Assembly (NCBI GenBank): GCA_021107855.1
Contig: JAIORZ010000002.1
Coordinates: 315,316 to 379,315, forward strand
DNA: 64,000 nucleotides
Source of the DNA: an archaeon
GTDB taxonomy: Archaea > Nanobdellota > Nanobdellia > Pacearchaeales > GW2011-AR1
Direction of reading: 5' to 3'
Under the pieces are notes generated by a model. That model was not told the origin of the DNA and made no database searches. It worked only from the letters and a program-made list of their open reading frames with translations. The position numbers and the translations under genes were made by a program. Positions 17,191-26,555 of this stretch are shown here, in pieces. The stretch's first letter is position 1. Each line of letters begins with the position of its first letter.

Positions 17191-17301
17191 ACCTTTTTCA
17201 TGAAATTGGGCTTTTTAAATTTTCTGACATTGTTACTCCTCAAGAATTAATCTGAAACAAACGAAGATTAGATATAAAAAGTCACTTTTGCAATTTGTTT
17301 T

Positions 17302-18144
17302 ATGAAACCCATAGGCAAACTCCTTAATTTCGGTTTAATTAATATAGACAAATCAGTCGGACCAACATCTTATTCGGTTTCTGAATTTATCAAAAGACAA
17401 TTGAAATTGAAAAAAACGTCGCACATGGGAACGCTTGACCCGAAAGTGACCGGAGTTTTACCCATCACATTGGGACGAGCCTGCAAATTAGCTGGATATT
17501 TCATTAAACACGACAAAAGTTATGTTGGAATTTTGGAGACACATAAAAAATGTGGCATTAAGGAGTTACAGAAGTTGATTGATGAGAATTTTAGTGGGAA
17601 AATTTTACAAACACCGCCACATCGGTCAGCTGTAAAAAGAGAAGAAAGACAGAGAAAGGTTTATCTTTGGAAATTATTGGAAGCAAGTGAGGATGGAAAA
17701 TCTTTTTTATTTAATTGCCGAGTTGAGGGTGGGACTTATATTAGAAAGCTTTGTTCAGACCTGGGTGAGATGATTGGCGGGGCACATATGGGAGAATTAA
17801 GAAGAACTGAAGCTGGGATTTTTGATGAAAGTGATTTGGTTAGTTTGAATGATTTTGAAAGCGCAGTTAAGGAATGGAAAACTGGAGATGAAGAGAAGTT
17901 AAAAGGAATGGTTATGGATGCCGAGAGTGCAATCAAAAAAGTTTTACCCGTGGCTGAAGTTGATAAATCTGCCTTGAAATCGCTCTATATTGGAAGACCA
18001 CTCTTTGCGAATAATGTTTTAGAAAAACCTAAATTAAAGGAAGGGGATATCTTTGCTTTATTTTGTAAAGATGAGTTTGTTGGGATTTATCGGAGAACTG
18101 GGGAAGAAATTATTTTTGGCAGAAGTGAATTCGTCTGTAATTAG
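17302..18144 (+). CDS. cbf5: Pseudouridine synthase Cbf5/TruB
   Basis: DKSVGPTS, HMGTLDPKVTGVL (catalytic Asp), QTPPHRSAVKR, GTYIRKLC. Confidence 0.95.
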   Translation: MKPIGKLLNFGLINIDKSVGPTSYSVSEFIKRQLKLKKTSHMGTLDPKVTGVLPITLGRACKLAGYFIKHDKSYVGILETHKKCGIKELQKLIDENFSGKILQTPPHRSAVKREERQRKVYLWKLLEASEDGKSFLFNCRVEGGTYIRKLCSDLGEMIGGAHMGELRRTEAGIFDESDLVSLNDFESAVKEWKTGDEEKLKGMVMDAESAIKKVLPVAEVDKSALKSLYIGRPLFANNVLEKPKLKEGDIFALFCKDEFVGIYRRTGEEIIFGRSEFVCN

Positions 18145-18210
18145 GTAAAATTTCAAACATATAGTTTAGAAGATAGATTTATTTTTAAGTAGAAGTTTCG
18201 TAGATTTTTT

Positions 18211-20253
18211 ATGAAAGAAGATGAAATAGAAGAGGATGTGATTAAGGCAATTGATCAGGATGAGTTTTTGATTGATGCGAAGGAATTCTTTGAGGTAAAT
18301 CGGAAGGAGATCGGTAAGGTCGCGAAAAGAGGGGAAAAGATTGTTTCTGTTGATTTTGAAAATTTTTCGGCGCATAGCCCTGAGTTGGCTGAAAATTTGA
18401 TTGATAGGCCTGAAGAAACGATACAACTATTGGAGGTCGCATTGGAAGAGTTAGAATGGGCACCGAATGATGCACGAGTTAGATTTACCAGTATTTCGGG
18501 ACAGCAAGAACTGTTCATTCGGCATATCCGGTCGAAACATCTGGGGAAAATGATTGGAATCGACGGTATCGTCAGACAAGCGAGTGAGGTTAGACCGTTA
18601 GTGACAAATGCTAAATTCGAGTGTCCAAGTTGTGGAACGATTATTTCTGTTTTGCAAATTGATAAGAAGTTTAAGGAGCCGAGTAGATGTTCGTGTGGTC
18701 GTCGTGGCGGGTTTAAAGAAATTGCAAAAGACATGGTTGATGCGCAGGTTTTGACGATTGAGGAGGCTTCGGATAATTTGCATGGGGGGGAACAGCCGAA
18801 GAGAATGACGATTTTTCTAAAAGAGGATTTGGTTGACCCGAATATGGAAATGAGGACGACGCCTGGGGCTCGGGTTAAGGTGATTGGGATTTTGAAGGAG
18901 ATTGCGATTACGACGGGGAGCGGGGCGATGTTGACCCGTTTTGATTTGGCGATTGAATCGAATAATGTGATTCCGTTGGAGGAGAGTTTTGAGGATGTGG
19001 ATATTGATGATGAGGATGAGAGAGCGATTCGTGAGTTGGCGGCCAGTCCCGATTTGATGAAAAAGATGACGGACAGCATTGCACCTTCAATTTGGGGACA
19101 TCGTGATGTGAAAAAAGCCTTAGCGTTCCAGTTGTTTGGCGGAGTAAAGAAAACACGGAGTGATAATACGAAAATGAGAGGAGATGTCCATGTTTTGTTG
19201 GTCGGGGACCCGGGTGTTGCGAAGTCGGTTATGCTTGGGTTTATTGCGGGTGTTGCTCCGAAAGCTCGTTATATTTCTGGGAAATCGTCAACTGGCGCTG
19301 GTTTGACGGCAACTGTTGTAAAAGACGATATTTTGAAGGGCTGGGGACTTGAGGCTGGTGCGATGGTTTTGGCGAATAAGGGGATTGTTTGTATTGATGA
19401 GTTTGATAAGATGGACGAGGAGGATAGGTCTACGATGCATGAGGCTATGGAGCAGCAGACCGTGACGATTTCGAAGGCGACTGTTCAAGCTACTTTGCGC
19501 TCTCAGACTTCAGTTTTGGCAGCTGCGAATCCTAAATTTGGTCGATTTGACCCATTGCAGTCAATTCCGAAACAGGTAAATTTAATGCCAAGTCTACTAT
19601 CCCGTTTCGATGCAATTTTCATCATCAGAGATATCCCAAGCAGAGAAAAAGACGAAGCAATCGCATCACACGTATTACTCGAACACCAACAAGAGGCGAA
19701 ACACGATGTCATTGATAACGATTTGTTAAGAAAATACATCTCATACGCCAAGCAAAAATATAATCCGGTTTTGACTAACGAGGCAGTTGTAGCGATGAAA
19801 GATTTTTATGTAGGGTTGAGAAATATGCCACAGATTGGGGACGGTCCGAGTAAGCCAATTCCTATTGGGGCACGACAGTTAGAGGCGATGGTCAGGTTAT
19901 CAGAGGCACATGCTCGAATGAGATTGAGTGATAAGGTTGAGGTTGAAGATGCTATTGCGGCGATTAATTTGGTGAAGAGTTATTTGTTGCAGGTTGGTTA
20001 TGATAAGGATACGAAGACTTTTGATGTTGATAAGATTACGGGGACGAGTGCTTCGGCTAGGAATAAGATTAGTGTTGTTATTGATACTTTGGATGAGCTG
20101 GAGAAGAGGTTGGGGAAGTTGATTCCGTTGGAGGAAGTTTCGAAGGCGCTTGAGGGGAGGATGAAGGATGCTGATGTTGATGAGGCAATTGGGAAGTTGT
20201 TGAAAGCTGGGGATTTGTTTAGACCGAGGAGAGGGTTTGTTCAGAGGATGTAA
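18211..20253 (+). CDS. mcm: MCM replicative helicase (no intein)
   Basis: Zn finger CPSC...CSC, Walker A GDPGVAKS, CIDEFDK, AAANP, LLSRFD, C-terminal wH. Confidence 0.97.
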   Translation: MKEDEIEEDVIKAIDQDEFLIDAKEFFEVNRKEIGKVAKRGEKIVSVDFENFSAHSPELAENLIDRPEETIQLLEVALEELEWAPNDARVRFTSISGQQELFIRHIRSKHLGKMIGIDGIVRQASEVRPLVTNAKFECPSCGTIISVLQIDKKFKEPSRCSCGRRGGFKEIAKDMVDAQVLTIEEASDNLHGGEQPKRMTIFLKEDLVDPNMEMRTTPGARVKVIGILKEIAITTGSGAMLTRFDLAIESNNVIPLEESFEDVDIDDEDERAIRELAASPDLMKKMTDSIAPSIWGHRDVKKALAFQLFGGVKKTRSDNTKMRGDVHVLLVGDPGVAKSVMLGFIAGVAPKARYISGKSSTGAGLTATVVKDDILKGWGLEAGAMVLANKGIVCIDEFDKMDEEDRSTMHEAMEQQTVTISKATVQATLRSQTSVLAAANPKFGRFDPLQSIPKQVNLMPSLLSRFDAIFIIRDIPSREKDEAIASHVLLEHQQEAKHDVIDNDLLRKYISYAKQKYNPVLTNEAVVAMKDFYVGLRNMPQIGDGPSKPIPIGARQLEAMVRLSEAHARMRLSDKVEVEDAIAAINLVKSYLLQVGYDKDTKTFDVDKITGTSASARNKISVVIDTLDELEKRLGKLIPLEEVSKALEGRMKDADVDEAIGKLLKAGDLFRPRRGFVQRM

Positions 20254-20297
20254 GATATTATTAGGCTATATTTTATCACAATAATTCTTAAAAGGTC

Positions 20298-20576
20298 ATG
20301 GGTTCTATCAGTAGAATGGGAACTCTTTATGATGTAATGGTCGAATCCATTAAGGATAAATATTTTAGGGATACCGATGGGGTGATTTACCGAGTTGAGG
20401 GAATTGGTTTACATGATAAACATTCTGAAGTTTCTATGGTAGAAGTTTTGACGAGGCAAAGTGTTGGCGTTGATATGTTGTGCATTAGAGAGTATGAGAA
20501 GGTTTCTAGAGAAGATGTAAAGGAAACCTTATTTGGAATAGAGAGAAGAATTTCAGAAGAAAAAGAAAGCTTGTAA
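20298..20576 (+). CDS. Hypothetical protein
   Basis: 92-aa ORF; no recognised motif. Confidence 0.5.
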   Translation: MGSISRMGTLYDVMVESIKDKYFRDTDGVIYRVEGIGLHDKHSEVSMVEVLTRQSVGVDMLCIREYEKVSREDVKETLFGIERRISEEKESL

Positions 20577-20678
20577 TTATATTAAATCCAGCTCAATTCC
20601 TGAGGTCGAGGAAAGGGTTGTGTAACATATGTGATTTGGTATAATGATTTTTATAAAGAACCTTTTGGTTTAATTTCT

Positions 20679-21578
20679 ATGTACTCGACAATGAATTATT
20701 CTGTCCCAGAGAAGAAGGGGGAATTGCGTGATTTTAATGACATATTCTTGGGCATTGTAAAAAAAAGGGTGGAAAGCAGTTGCTGTGGAGTTCATCCTAG
20801 TCATGCAGGCATTGTACCTGTCGCGGCTGATTTTTTTAGAGAGATGGTGCCGAAGTCTGAGAATCCTGTTAAAGTTTTGGAAAATTCTTTTACATCTCAA
20901 AGCCCCTTCCTCCCTGGGATGTCATTAGTTTCTACCCCTACTAATTCGGACAGACCATATTTTATTCAAAGAGAAAGAAGGAGATGGGATAGTGATTATG
21001 ATACTAAAATGTTTTTAAAAATAAATGGCACCGAAACAGGCATAAATAGAGTTGATTGGGCTAGAGTTTTTGGGCAAATCCCATCTGCAGCATTAATCGT
21101 TGCAGAAGAAAGAAAATTTAATCCTGTTATCACAATTCCCTCTTTCGACGGAAGATTCCCGAATTATTTTAAAGACCTGATCTTTGATTCTATGCCTGAA
21201 GGACTAAAGGTTGGGACCGTCTTAATTGACGGGCATGTCGGCGAATATTGTGGTAAGCATTCAGATGGAGGAATGATTGTGGTTAATGGTAGTACCGGAC
21301 AAAATTTAGGAGATGTCTCTAATGGAGTTACATATATTGTAAAAGATTTTGCCGGAAAACCCACGCAGGTTGAAAATTGTAATTTTTATGTTGGACTTGG
21401 ATTTAGAGGAAGAGATTTCGGAGACGAAATTAAAGATTTTGAACTTGATAAACTTAGAGAGAAAGGATGTAAGATAGATAAATGGACTAATTTTAAGAAA
21501 GATGCATTTAAGAAAAAATTCATATCTCTTGAGAAAATGCTTGCTATTAATCCAACTCAATCTCAACAATCCTTATAA
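20679..21578 (+). CDS. Hypothetical protein with short GXGXG (FwdC/GltB-C-like) beta-helix segment
   Basis: VLIDGHVGEYCGKHSDGGMIVVNGSTGQNLG; start assigned to ATG 20679 after the TTTATAAA box. Confidence 0.55.
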   Translation: MYSTMNYSVPEKKGELRDFNDIFLGIVKKRVESSCCGVHPSHAGIVPVAADFFREMVPKSENPVKVLENSFTSQSPFLPGMSLVSTPTNSDRPYFIQRERRRWDSDYDTKMFLKINGTETGINRVDWARVFGQIPSAALIVAEERKFNPVITIPSFDGRFPNYFKDLIFDSMPEGLKVGTVLIDGHVGEYCGKHSDGGMIVVNGSTGQNLGDVSNGVTYIVKDFAGKPTQVENCNFYVGLGFRGRDFGDEIKDFELDKLREKGCKIDKWTNFKKDAFKKKFISLEKMLAINPTQSQQSL

Positions 21579-21600
21579 ACTCAAATCAATATCCCCAAAC

Positions 21601-22227
21601 ATGGCAGAAACAACGGGTGAAATCAGAAAAAGAAACATCGCATACAAATTAAGAATCGGCGATGTCTTAAAAGGCGTTCCAATGATGGATGAAGGAAAAT
21701 TTCTATTTCTAGAACTAGGAGACAGGAAAGTTGTAAGAGTTAACATCTTGGCTAATTGTGTTGACAAGTTTATTCAGGAAGGTGAAAAGCAATTTGGGAG
21801 TTTGACCGTTGATGATGCTTCTGGGCAGTTGAAGTTGAAGGTTTTTGGTGAGGATATTGATAGAGTTAAGAATATTATGCAGGGAGATACTTTGCAGATT
21901 ATAGGGAATATGAGGGAGTGGAATGGGGAAATTTACATGATTCCTGAGGTTGTGAAGAAGGTTGATGCTCGGTGGTTGTTAGTTAGAAAGTTGGAGATTC
22001 AGAATGCGCGGAAGGATTTGCCGGTGGACGAGAAAGGAGATAATAGTTTGAAGAATCAGGTTTTGGATAAGATTAAGGGTGCTGAGGCTGATGGTGGGAT
22101 TGATAGGGAGACATTGGTTATGGATGTTGAGGCGAGTCCTGAGGCGATTGAGAGTGAGGTTAAGAAGTTGTTGGAGGATGGTTTAATTTATGAACCGCGA
22201 CCGGGGAGACTTCGGTATTTAGGCTGA
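21601..22227 (+). CDS. RPA32/RPA2-like OB-fold + winged-helix ssDNA-binding protein
   Basis: RVNILA, VDDASGQLKLKVF, C-terminal LLEDGLIYEPRPG; start ATG 21601. Confidence 0.88.
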   Translation: MAETTGEIRKRNIAYKLRIGDVLKGVPMMDEGKFLFLELGDRKVVRVNILANCVDKFIQEGEKQFGSLTVDDASGQLKLKVFGEDIDRVKNIMQGDTLQIIGNMREWNGEIYMIPEVVKKVDARWLLVRKLEIQNARKDLPVDEKGDNSLKNQVLDKIKGAEADGGIDRETLVMDVEASPEAIESEVKKLLEDGLIYEPRPGRLRYLG

Positions 22228-22236
22228 ATTTTATAT

Positions 22237-22764
22237 ATGAAAACCAGAACCTTCAATTCCATTATGCCCCTTGCTCATGAAGAATGGGCTGCAAATGTTT
22301 TGGGAATGATTAAAAATCGAGGCAAGGGTGTCGATTTATTAGATAAAAAAAAGATTGTTGAAGTTAAATTTCATATGATTGCTTTTGATGGAAATTACCA
22401 GAGGACAATCTGTTGGAAAGTTTTGGAACACCAACTTAGCTATGGAGAGAGAGCCAAATTACCACTTTATTTTATGATGGGCACTTATAGATTCTGTGGT
22501 AATATTGAAGATTTGTCCAACAGTGTTTCTTATCCTGAATTGGAGAACATGGTTGAGGAAAGGGAAAGTTGGATTGTCCCTAGTGATTGGGTCGCAAATT
22601 TCCCAACTTACAGACAAAACGGTAAAACGAAAAAATCCGAATGGGACAATTTGTTAAAATTCACATATAAAAAATATCTTTCTCATACGTATAAAACTTT
22701 TAATGTAAAAAAAGGCAAGGTGCACTTAACTAAAGGCGTTAAAAGAAAACATTTTGATTTATAA
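22237..22764 (+). CDS. Putative PD-(D/E)XK nuclease-fold protein
   Basis: HEE helix followed by GVDLL...VEVKF. Confidence 0.5.
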   Translation: MKTRTFNSIMPLAHEEWAANVLGMIKNRGKGVDLLDKKKIVEVKFHMIAFDGNYQRTICWKVLEHQLSYGERAKLPLYFMMGTYRFCGNIEDLSNSVSYPELENMVEERESWIVPSDWVANFPTYRQNGKTKKSEWDNLLKFTYKKYLSHTYKTFNVKKGKVHLTKGVKRKHFDL

Positions 22765-23535
22765 CTCCTCAATATCAATCTCATCACCCAATATCTCACT
22801 CTTCTTCGCCTTAAGCTTACGTTTTTCCCTCGCCTTCTTCCTGTCAATCAAATCACTCAACGTCACATCCGAAAGGTCCTCTCTTTTAGATAACTTAATC
22901 TCCCCACGCTCTATCTTCTCATGAATCGCCTCCATCTCCGCCTCTTCCTCTAATTCCTCCTCCGGATTTTTCATCTTCTCAGCAACCGCTTCCAAAATTT
23001 CTTTTTCTTGGTCCGGATTTTTCCGAACGAAACTAACCTGTGTTTCATGAACTTTCAAAAGTTTAATTCCCAAAAGAGCCTCTAACTTCAAAAATATTTC
23101 CTTAAAATCTTCCGGAAATATTCCCCTTTCTATCTGCTGAATCGCATAAGGCGTCGTATCAATTTTCTTAGCCAGTTGAGAAATCGTCATCTTTACCCGT
23201 CGCCTCGCCATGATTACCGTCCAATAATAATTATCTAAAACATCCGGATGACTCTGTTTCGGTTTCGGCATTTTCAATTTCGCCAAATTTCGTTGGGTTA
23301 TCATTTGCTCTCCACTAATTTCAGTTGACTCAACTCTTCCCGACATTTTATCAAGACGTTCCCTTACCGAGTAGGTCTTATCCGCTTTAGTCAGTTGAGA
23401 TTGAGAGGGTTTTTTTATAATCGGAATGTTTTGGTCCTCCGCGCACTCTTCACAGATATTAATCATTTCGGTTGCCTGTATCCCTTGGTAAAGTGTTACT
23501 TCTTCTTCGGTTTTTTTACATATTACACATTTCAT
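22759..23535 (-). CDS. MBF1-like Zn-ribbon/HTH protein with C-terminal extension
   Basis: CVIC...CEEC, DNYYWTVIMARR...TISQLAKKI...IERG...LEALLGIKL. Confidence 0.8.
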   Translation of the reverse strand: MKCVICKKTEEEVTLYQGIQATEMINICEECAEDQNIPIIKKPSQSQLTKADKTYSVRERLDKMSGRVESTEISGEQMITQRNLAKLKMPKPKQSHPDVLDNYYWTVIMARRRVKMTISQLAKKIDTTPYAIQQIERGIFPEDFKEIFLKLEALLGIKLLKVHETQVSFVRKNPDQEKEILEAVAEKMKNPEEELEEEAEMEAIHEKIERGEIKLSKREDLSDVTLSDLIDRKKAREKRKLKAKKSEILGDEIDIEEL

Positions 23536-23588
23536 AAATTTTGCAAGAAAATATTATTTTTAAGTAAATATGTGGTTGGGTATATATA

Positions 23589-24239
23589 TTAGTTTAAGAG
23601 TTTTATAACTGGATTCGCATCTTCTAGCTCGTAAAGAACTTGGTCGTTATTGATAACCAAAGCCGGAAGTTGCTCTATCTCGTATTCTCCCATTAGATAT
23701 TCTATAGTTGTCAAATTTTGATTCGCCGCGATTGGAAGAAGTAAAATGTCGTAACTCTGAGTTTTAACATCTAAAAGAATTTTAGACCAAACGTTCTGGG
23801 TTGCTTTTTTACCCGTATCTTCAGTGTTATAATCATAAAGATAGACTATCAAATTATAGTTTTCACATCTATCTAAGGATTTTTGATTTGAAACCCATAG
23901 GAGTGACCTTAGTAAATCATATTTTTTGTGCAAGAGTTTCATCGAATCGGTCAATTTCCCGGAATCCTCATAAAGCTCCAAAAGCTTCGCTTCCTCATAT
24001 ATTCGATTCGCAACTTTAATATTACTTTCTTTTATCAACTCACAATCTATATTCCCACTCTCAATTAAACGGGATGTTGCGGTTGCATCACTTAAGCTAA
24101 TCTCAGATTGGAGAAAAAGATTGGATATTTTATTCGAGTTGCTAGTTTCAATTAACATCCCCAAGAAAAGACCAGCCAAAAAAACCACTATCGTAATAAT
24201 AAGTGCTTCCCAGAATACGTGTTTTTTTGATTTTAGCAT
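23589..24239 (-). CDS. Conserved membrane-anchored protein with thioredoxin-like C-terminus
   Basis: N-terminal TM; YEIEQLPALVIN; abuts the GT2 gene. Confidence 0.65.
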   Translation of the reverse strand: MLKSKKHVFWEALIITIVVFLAGLFLGMLIETSNSNKISNLFLQSEISLSDATATSRLIESGNIDCELIKESNIKVANRIYEEAKLLELYEDSGKLTDSMKLLHKKYDLLRSLLWVSNQKSLDRCENYNLIVYLYDYNTEDTGKKATQNVWSKILLDVKTQSYDILLLPIAANQNLTTIEYLMGEYEIEQLPALVINNDQVLYELEDANPVIKLLN

Positions 24240-24240
24240 T

Positions 24241-25473
24241 TTACCATTTATTATAACCGCGGAGATACTTGTAAAAAGATATTATCAGTAACGGCGGATA
24301 CATGAGCAGATAGAAGACCGAGTATATAAATATGTCGCGGATTCTATGACCGATAAATCTACCAGATTCTTTTGAGTAGACTAAAGCTGTGACTGTGTAA
24401 ATTAAACCGAGAGCAAAAAGAAGCATTCCGAAGAAAAAGAGAATACTAGGATTTAATACCATATCATCCATTGTAATTAGCGCGACGTTTGCTGCGACGG
24501 AATATTTTGCCACGAGATATTTCATCATGATGTATTGGGCAAATCTGTAACTCAGAAAGAAGAGACCGGTGAGTCCTAGAAACCATGAAAGGATGAAGTA
24601 TGGCATTATGAAAACTCCGAGCATTCCGACTTCAAAGAATTTTTTCCGATATTTCGCCACAGTCTGCATTCCACCGACATTCCATCGAATTCTCTGCCGA
24701 AACCATGTCTTAACCGTAGTTGGTGGATAAGTATAAACAATTGACGGAATCGCCATATGAATTTTCCAACCCTTGGAAACAAAATGCCACGTAATCTCTA
24801 TATCCTCTGTCATATTTTTCGGGTCGAATCCTTTAACCTGGTCGAACGCTTTTTTTCTATAAATACTAAGAGGTCCATTTGTAACGTAAATCGAATCGAG
24901 AAAACCCAAAAGTTTTCGTGTAAAAGCAATTATTTTATATTCTAACGCTTGGGATTTTGTAAGAAAATTTTTCTTCCCTAAAACTAAAACCCGAGATGTC
25001 ACCGCCCCGACTTGCGAATCATTAAAAAACCCAACCATTTTTGATGTCGCGGATTTTTGGGGAATTGAATCGTCGTCGCTGAATCCTATCAATTTTGTTT
25101 TTACAAATTTACTTCCATAATTCTTTGCACCTGCCGCATTGCCCGTATTCTTTGGCGTTTTAACATACATCACTCGCTTATGCTTCTTAGCTAGCTCTTT
25201 TATTATAGAAGCAGAGTTGTCAGTTGAACAGTCGTCTACCACTATTATTTTTTTCAACCCTTTGTAATCCGAATTTAAATGCGCGAGAATAGTTTTCGCA
25301 ATATTCCCCTCTGCATTGAAACAAGGGATTACTATTGAAAGAGGTCTTATTTTGTCAGGCTTAATCGTTTCGTATATCTGTTTTTTATTTTGAATGTAAA
25401 GTAAAATATGCACGGATAGAAAATAAAACGCGATAAATGTGTAGGTCAAATAAAGAATTGTCAAAAATTCCAT
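24241..25473 (-). CDS. Processive GT2 glycosyltransferase (PgaC/cellulose-synthase-like)
   Basis: IPCFN, VDDCSTD, SDDD, TEDIE, QRIRW motif, C-terminal TMs; start MEFL at 25473. Confidence 0.92.
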   Translation of the reverse strand: MEFLTILYLTYTFIAFYFLSVHILLYIQNKKQIYETIKPDKIRPLSIVIPCFNAEGNIAKTILAHLNSDYKGLKKIIVVDDCSTDNSASIIKELAKKHKRVMYVKTPKNTGNAAGAKNYGSKFVKTKLIGFSDDDSIPQKSATSKMVGFFNDSQVGAVTSRVLVLGKKNFLTKSQALEYKIIAFTRKLLGFLDSIYVTNGPLSIYRKKAFDQVKGFDPKNMTEDIEITWHFVSKGWKIHMAIPSIVYTYPPTTVKTWFRQRIRWNVGGMQTVAKYRKKFFEVGMLGVFIMPYFILSWFLGLTGLFFLSYRFAQYIMMKYLVAKYSVAANVALITMDDMVLNPSILFFFGMLLFALGLIYTVTALVYSKESGRFIGHRIRDIFIYSVFYLLMYPPLLIISFYKYLRGYNKW

Positions 25474-25474
25474 T

Positions 25475-26029
25475 TTATTGTTTGACAGACTCCGAATTGT
25501 TGTTTGAAGGAGCCACATTGAAATATTCATAAAATTCTTCGGAGAGAGAGAGGATTAAGGTGTGTCCGTCACGTTTTGCCGAGATAAGCCCTAAGGACCG
25601 AAATTTCCTTACATGGTCATAGGATTTGTTGCCCCGAATTTTGATTACGACAGACTGTTTGATTGGCTGTTTATATGCAATAATTGCGAGAGTCTCTTGT
25701 TCGGATTTTGTAAATTCTGCTGAGCCCGTCGCTAACTTGTTGATGAGATAATGATATTTTTCAGCAATATCCATTTTGTAAGAATTATCTCTTCGAATAA
25801 CCCGAAGCGTGCCAACTGAATATTTCTTTTCTAGATTATGAAGGATACTTTTCAGAAGGACTGGATTAATATCGGTTAGCATGACAAGGTCTTGAAGAGT
25901 CAAAAATCGCCCGGAAATAAAAAGCGCAGCCTCAACCTTCTCCGTAGCCTCAACCTCTTTACGCACGAACTCATTTTCTATTTGAGACGCAGTCGATTCT
26001 GTTATTACTGGAGACACTACCTCTTCCAT
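25475..26029 (-). CDS. scpB: SMC-Scp complex subunit ScpB
   Basis: VEAALFISG, ETLAIIAYKQPIKQS...IRG, F.EYF. Confidence 0.93.
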   Translation of the reverse strand: MEEVVSPVITESTASQIENEFVRKEVEATEKVEAALFISGRFLTLQDLVMLTDINPVLLKSILHNLEKKYSVGTLRVIRRDNSYKMDIAEKYHYLINKLATGSAEFTKSEQETLAIIAYKQPIKQSVVIKIRGNKSYDHVRKFRSLGLISAKRDGHTLILSLSEEFYEYFNVAPSNNNSESVKQ

Positions 26030-26078
26030 GAGAATTTATAGAAGGAAGAGTTTTAAAAGTTTGTTAAGATATAGTTTT

Positions 26079-26555
26079 ATGAAGTGGTGGTGGATTGTAG
26101 TTTTTTTAATTGTCGGATTGTGGTTCGTGAGACTTGTTCTACCTAGCCAGTTAGATGATGTGTCGCCTGGTATTTTTTGTGAGGAGAAATTGTTAAATCG
26201 GGCAGATGTTTATTTTGTTATTCCGAAGTTTGAGGGTGTTGAGATTGAAAGAGAGTGGTGTGAAGAAGTTCTAAAAATGGAAAAGGATATTGGACTGCAT
26301 GGAGTTTATCATACCTATGAAGAATTTGGAGTTTATCGGGATGAAGAATATTTCAGAGAGGGCGTTGATATTTTTGAAAGATGTTTTGGATATACACCTA
26401 AGAGATTTAAGCCTGGGCAATTAAAGTGGAGCAAGGAAAACAATTGGATTAAGGATAAAGTAGAAGTCGATTTATTTTGGAACCAGGTTTTTCATAAGGT
26501 TTATCATTGTGGCGACACGGGGAAATTTCCTAACTGGCTGATTAGAGTTTTTTAA
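26079..26555 (+). CDS. DUF2334/polysaccharide-deacetylase-like protein
   Basis: LDDVSP, VIP, IGLHGVYH, FKPG; N-terminal anchor; start ATG 26079. Confidence 0.75.
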   Translation: MKWWWIVVFLIVGLWFVRLVLPSQLDDVSPGIFCEEKLLNRADVYFVIPKFEGVEIEREWCEEVLKMEKDIGLHGVYHTYEEFGVYRDEEYFREGVDIFERCFGYTPKRFKPGQLKWSKENNWIKDKVEVDLFWNQVFHKVYHCGDTGKFPNWLIRVF

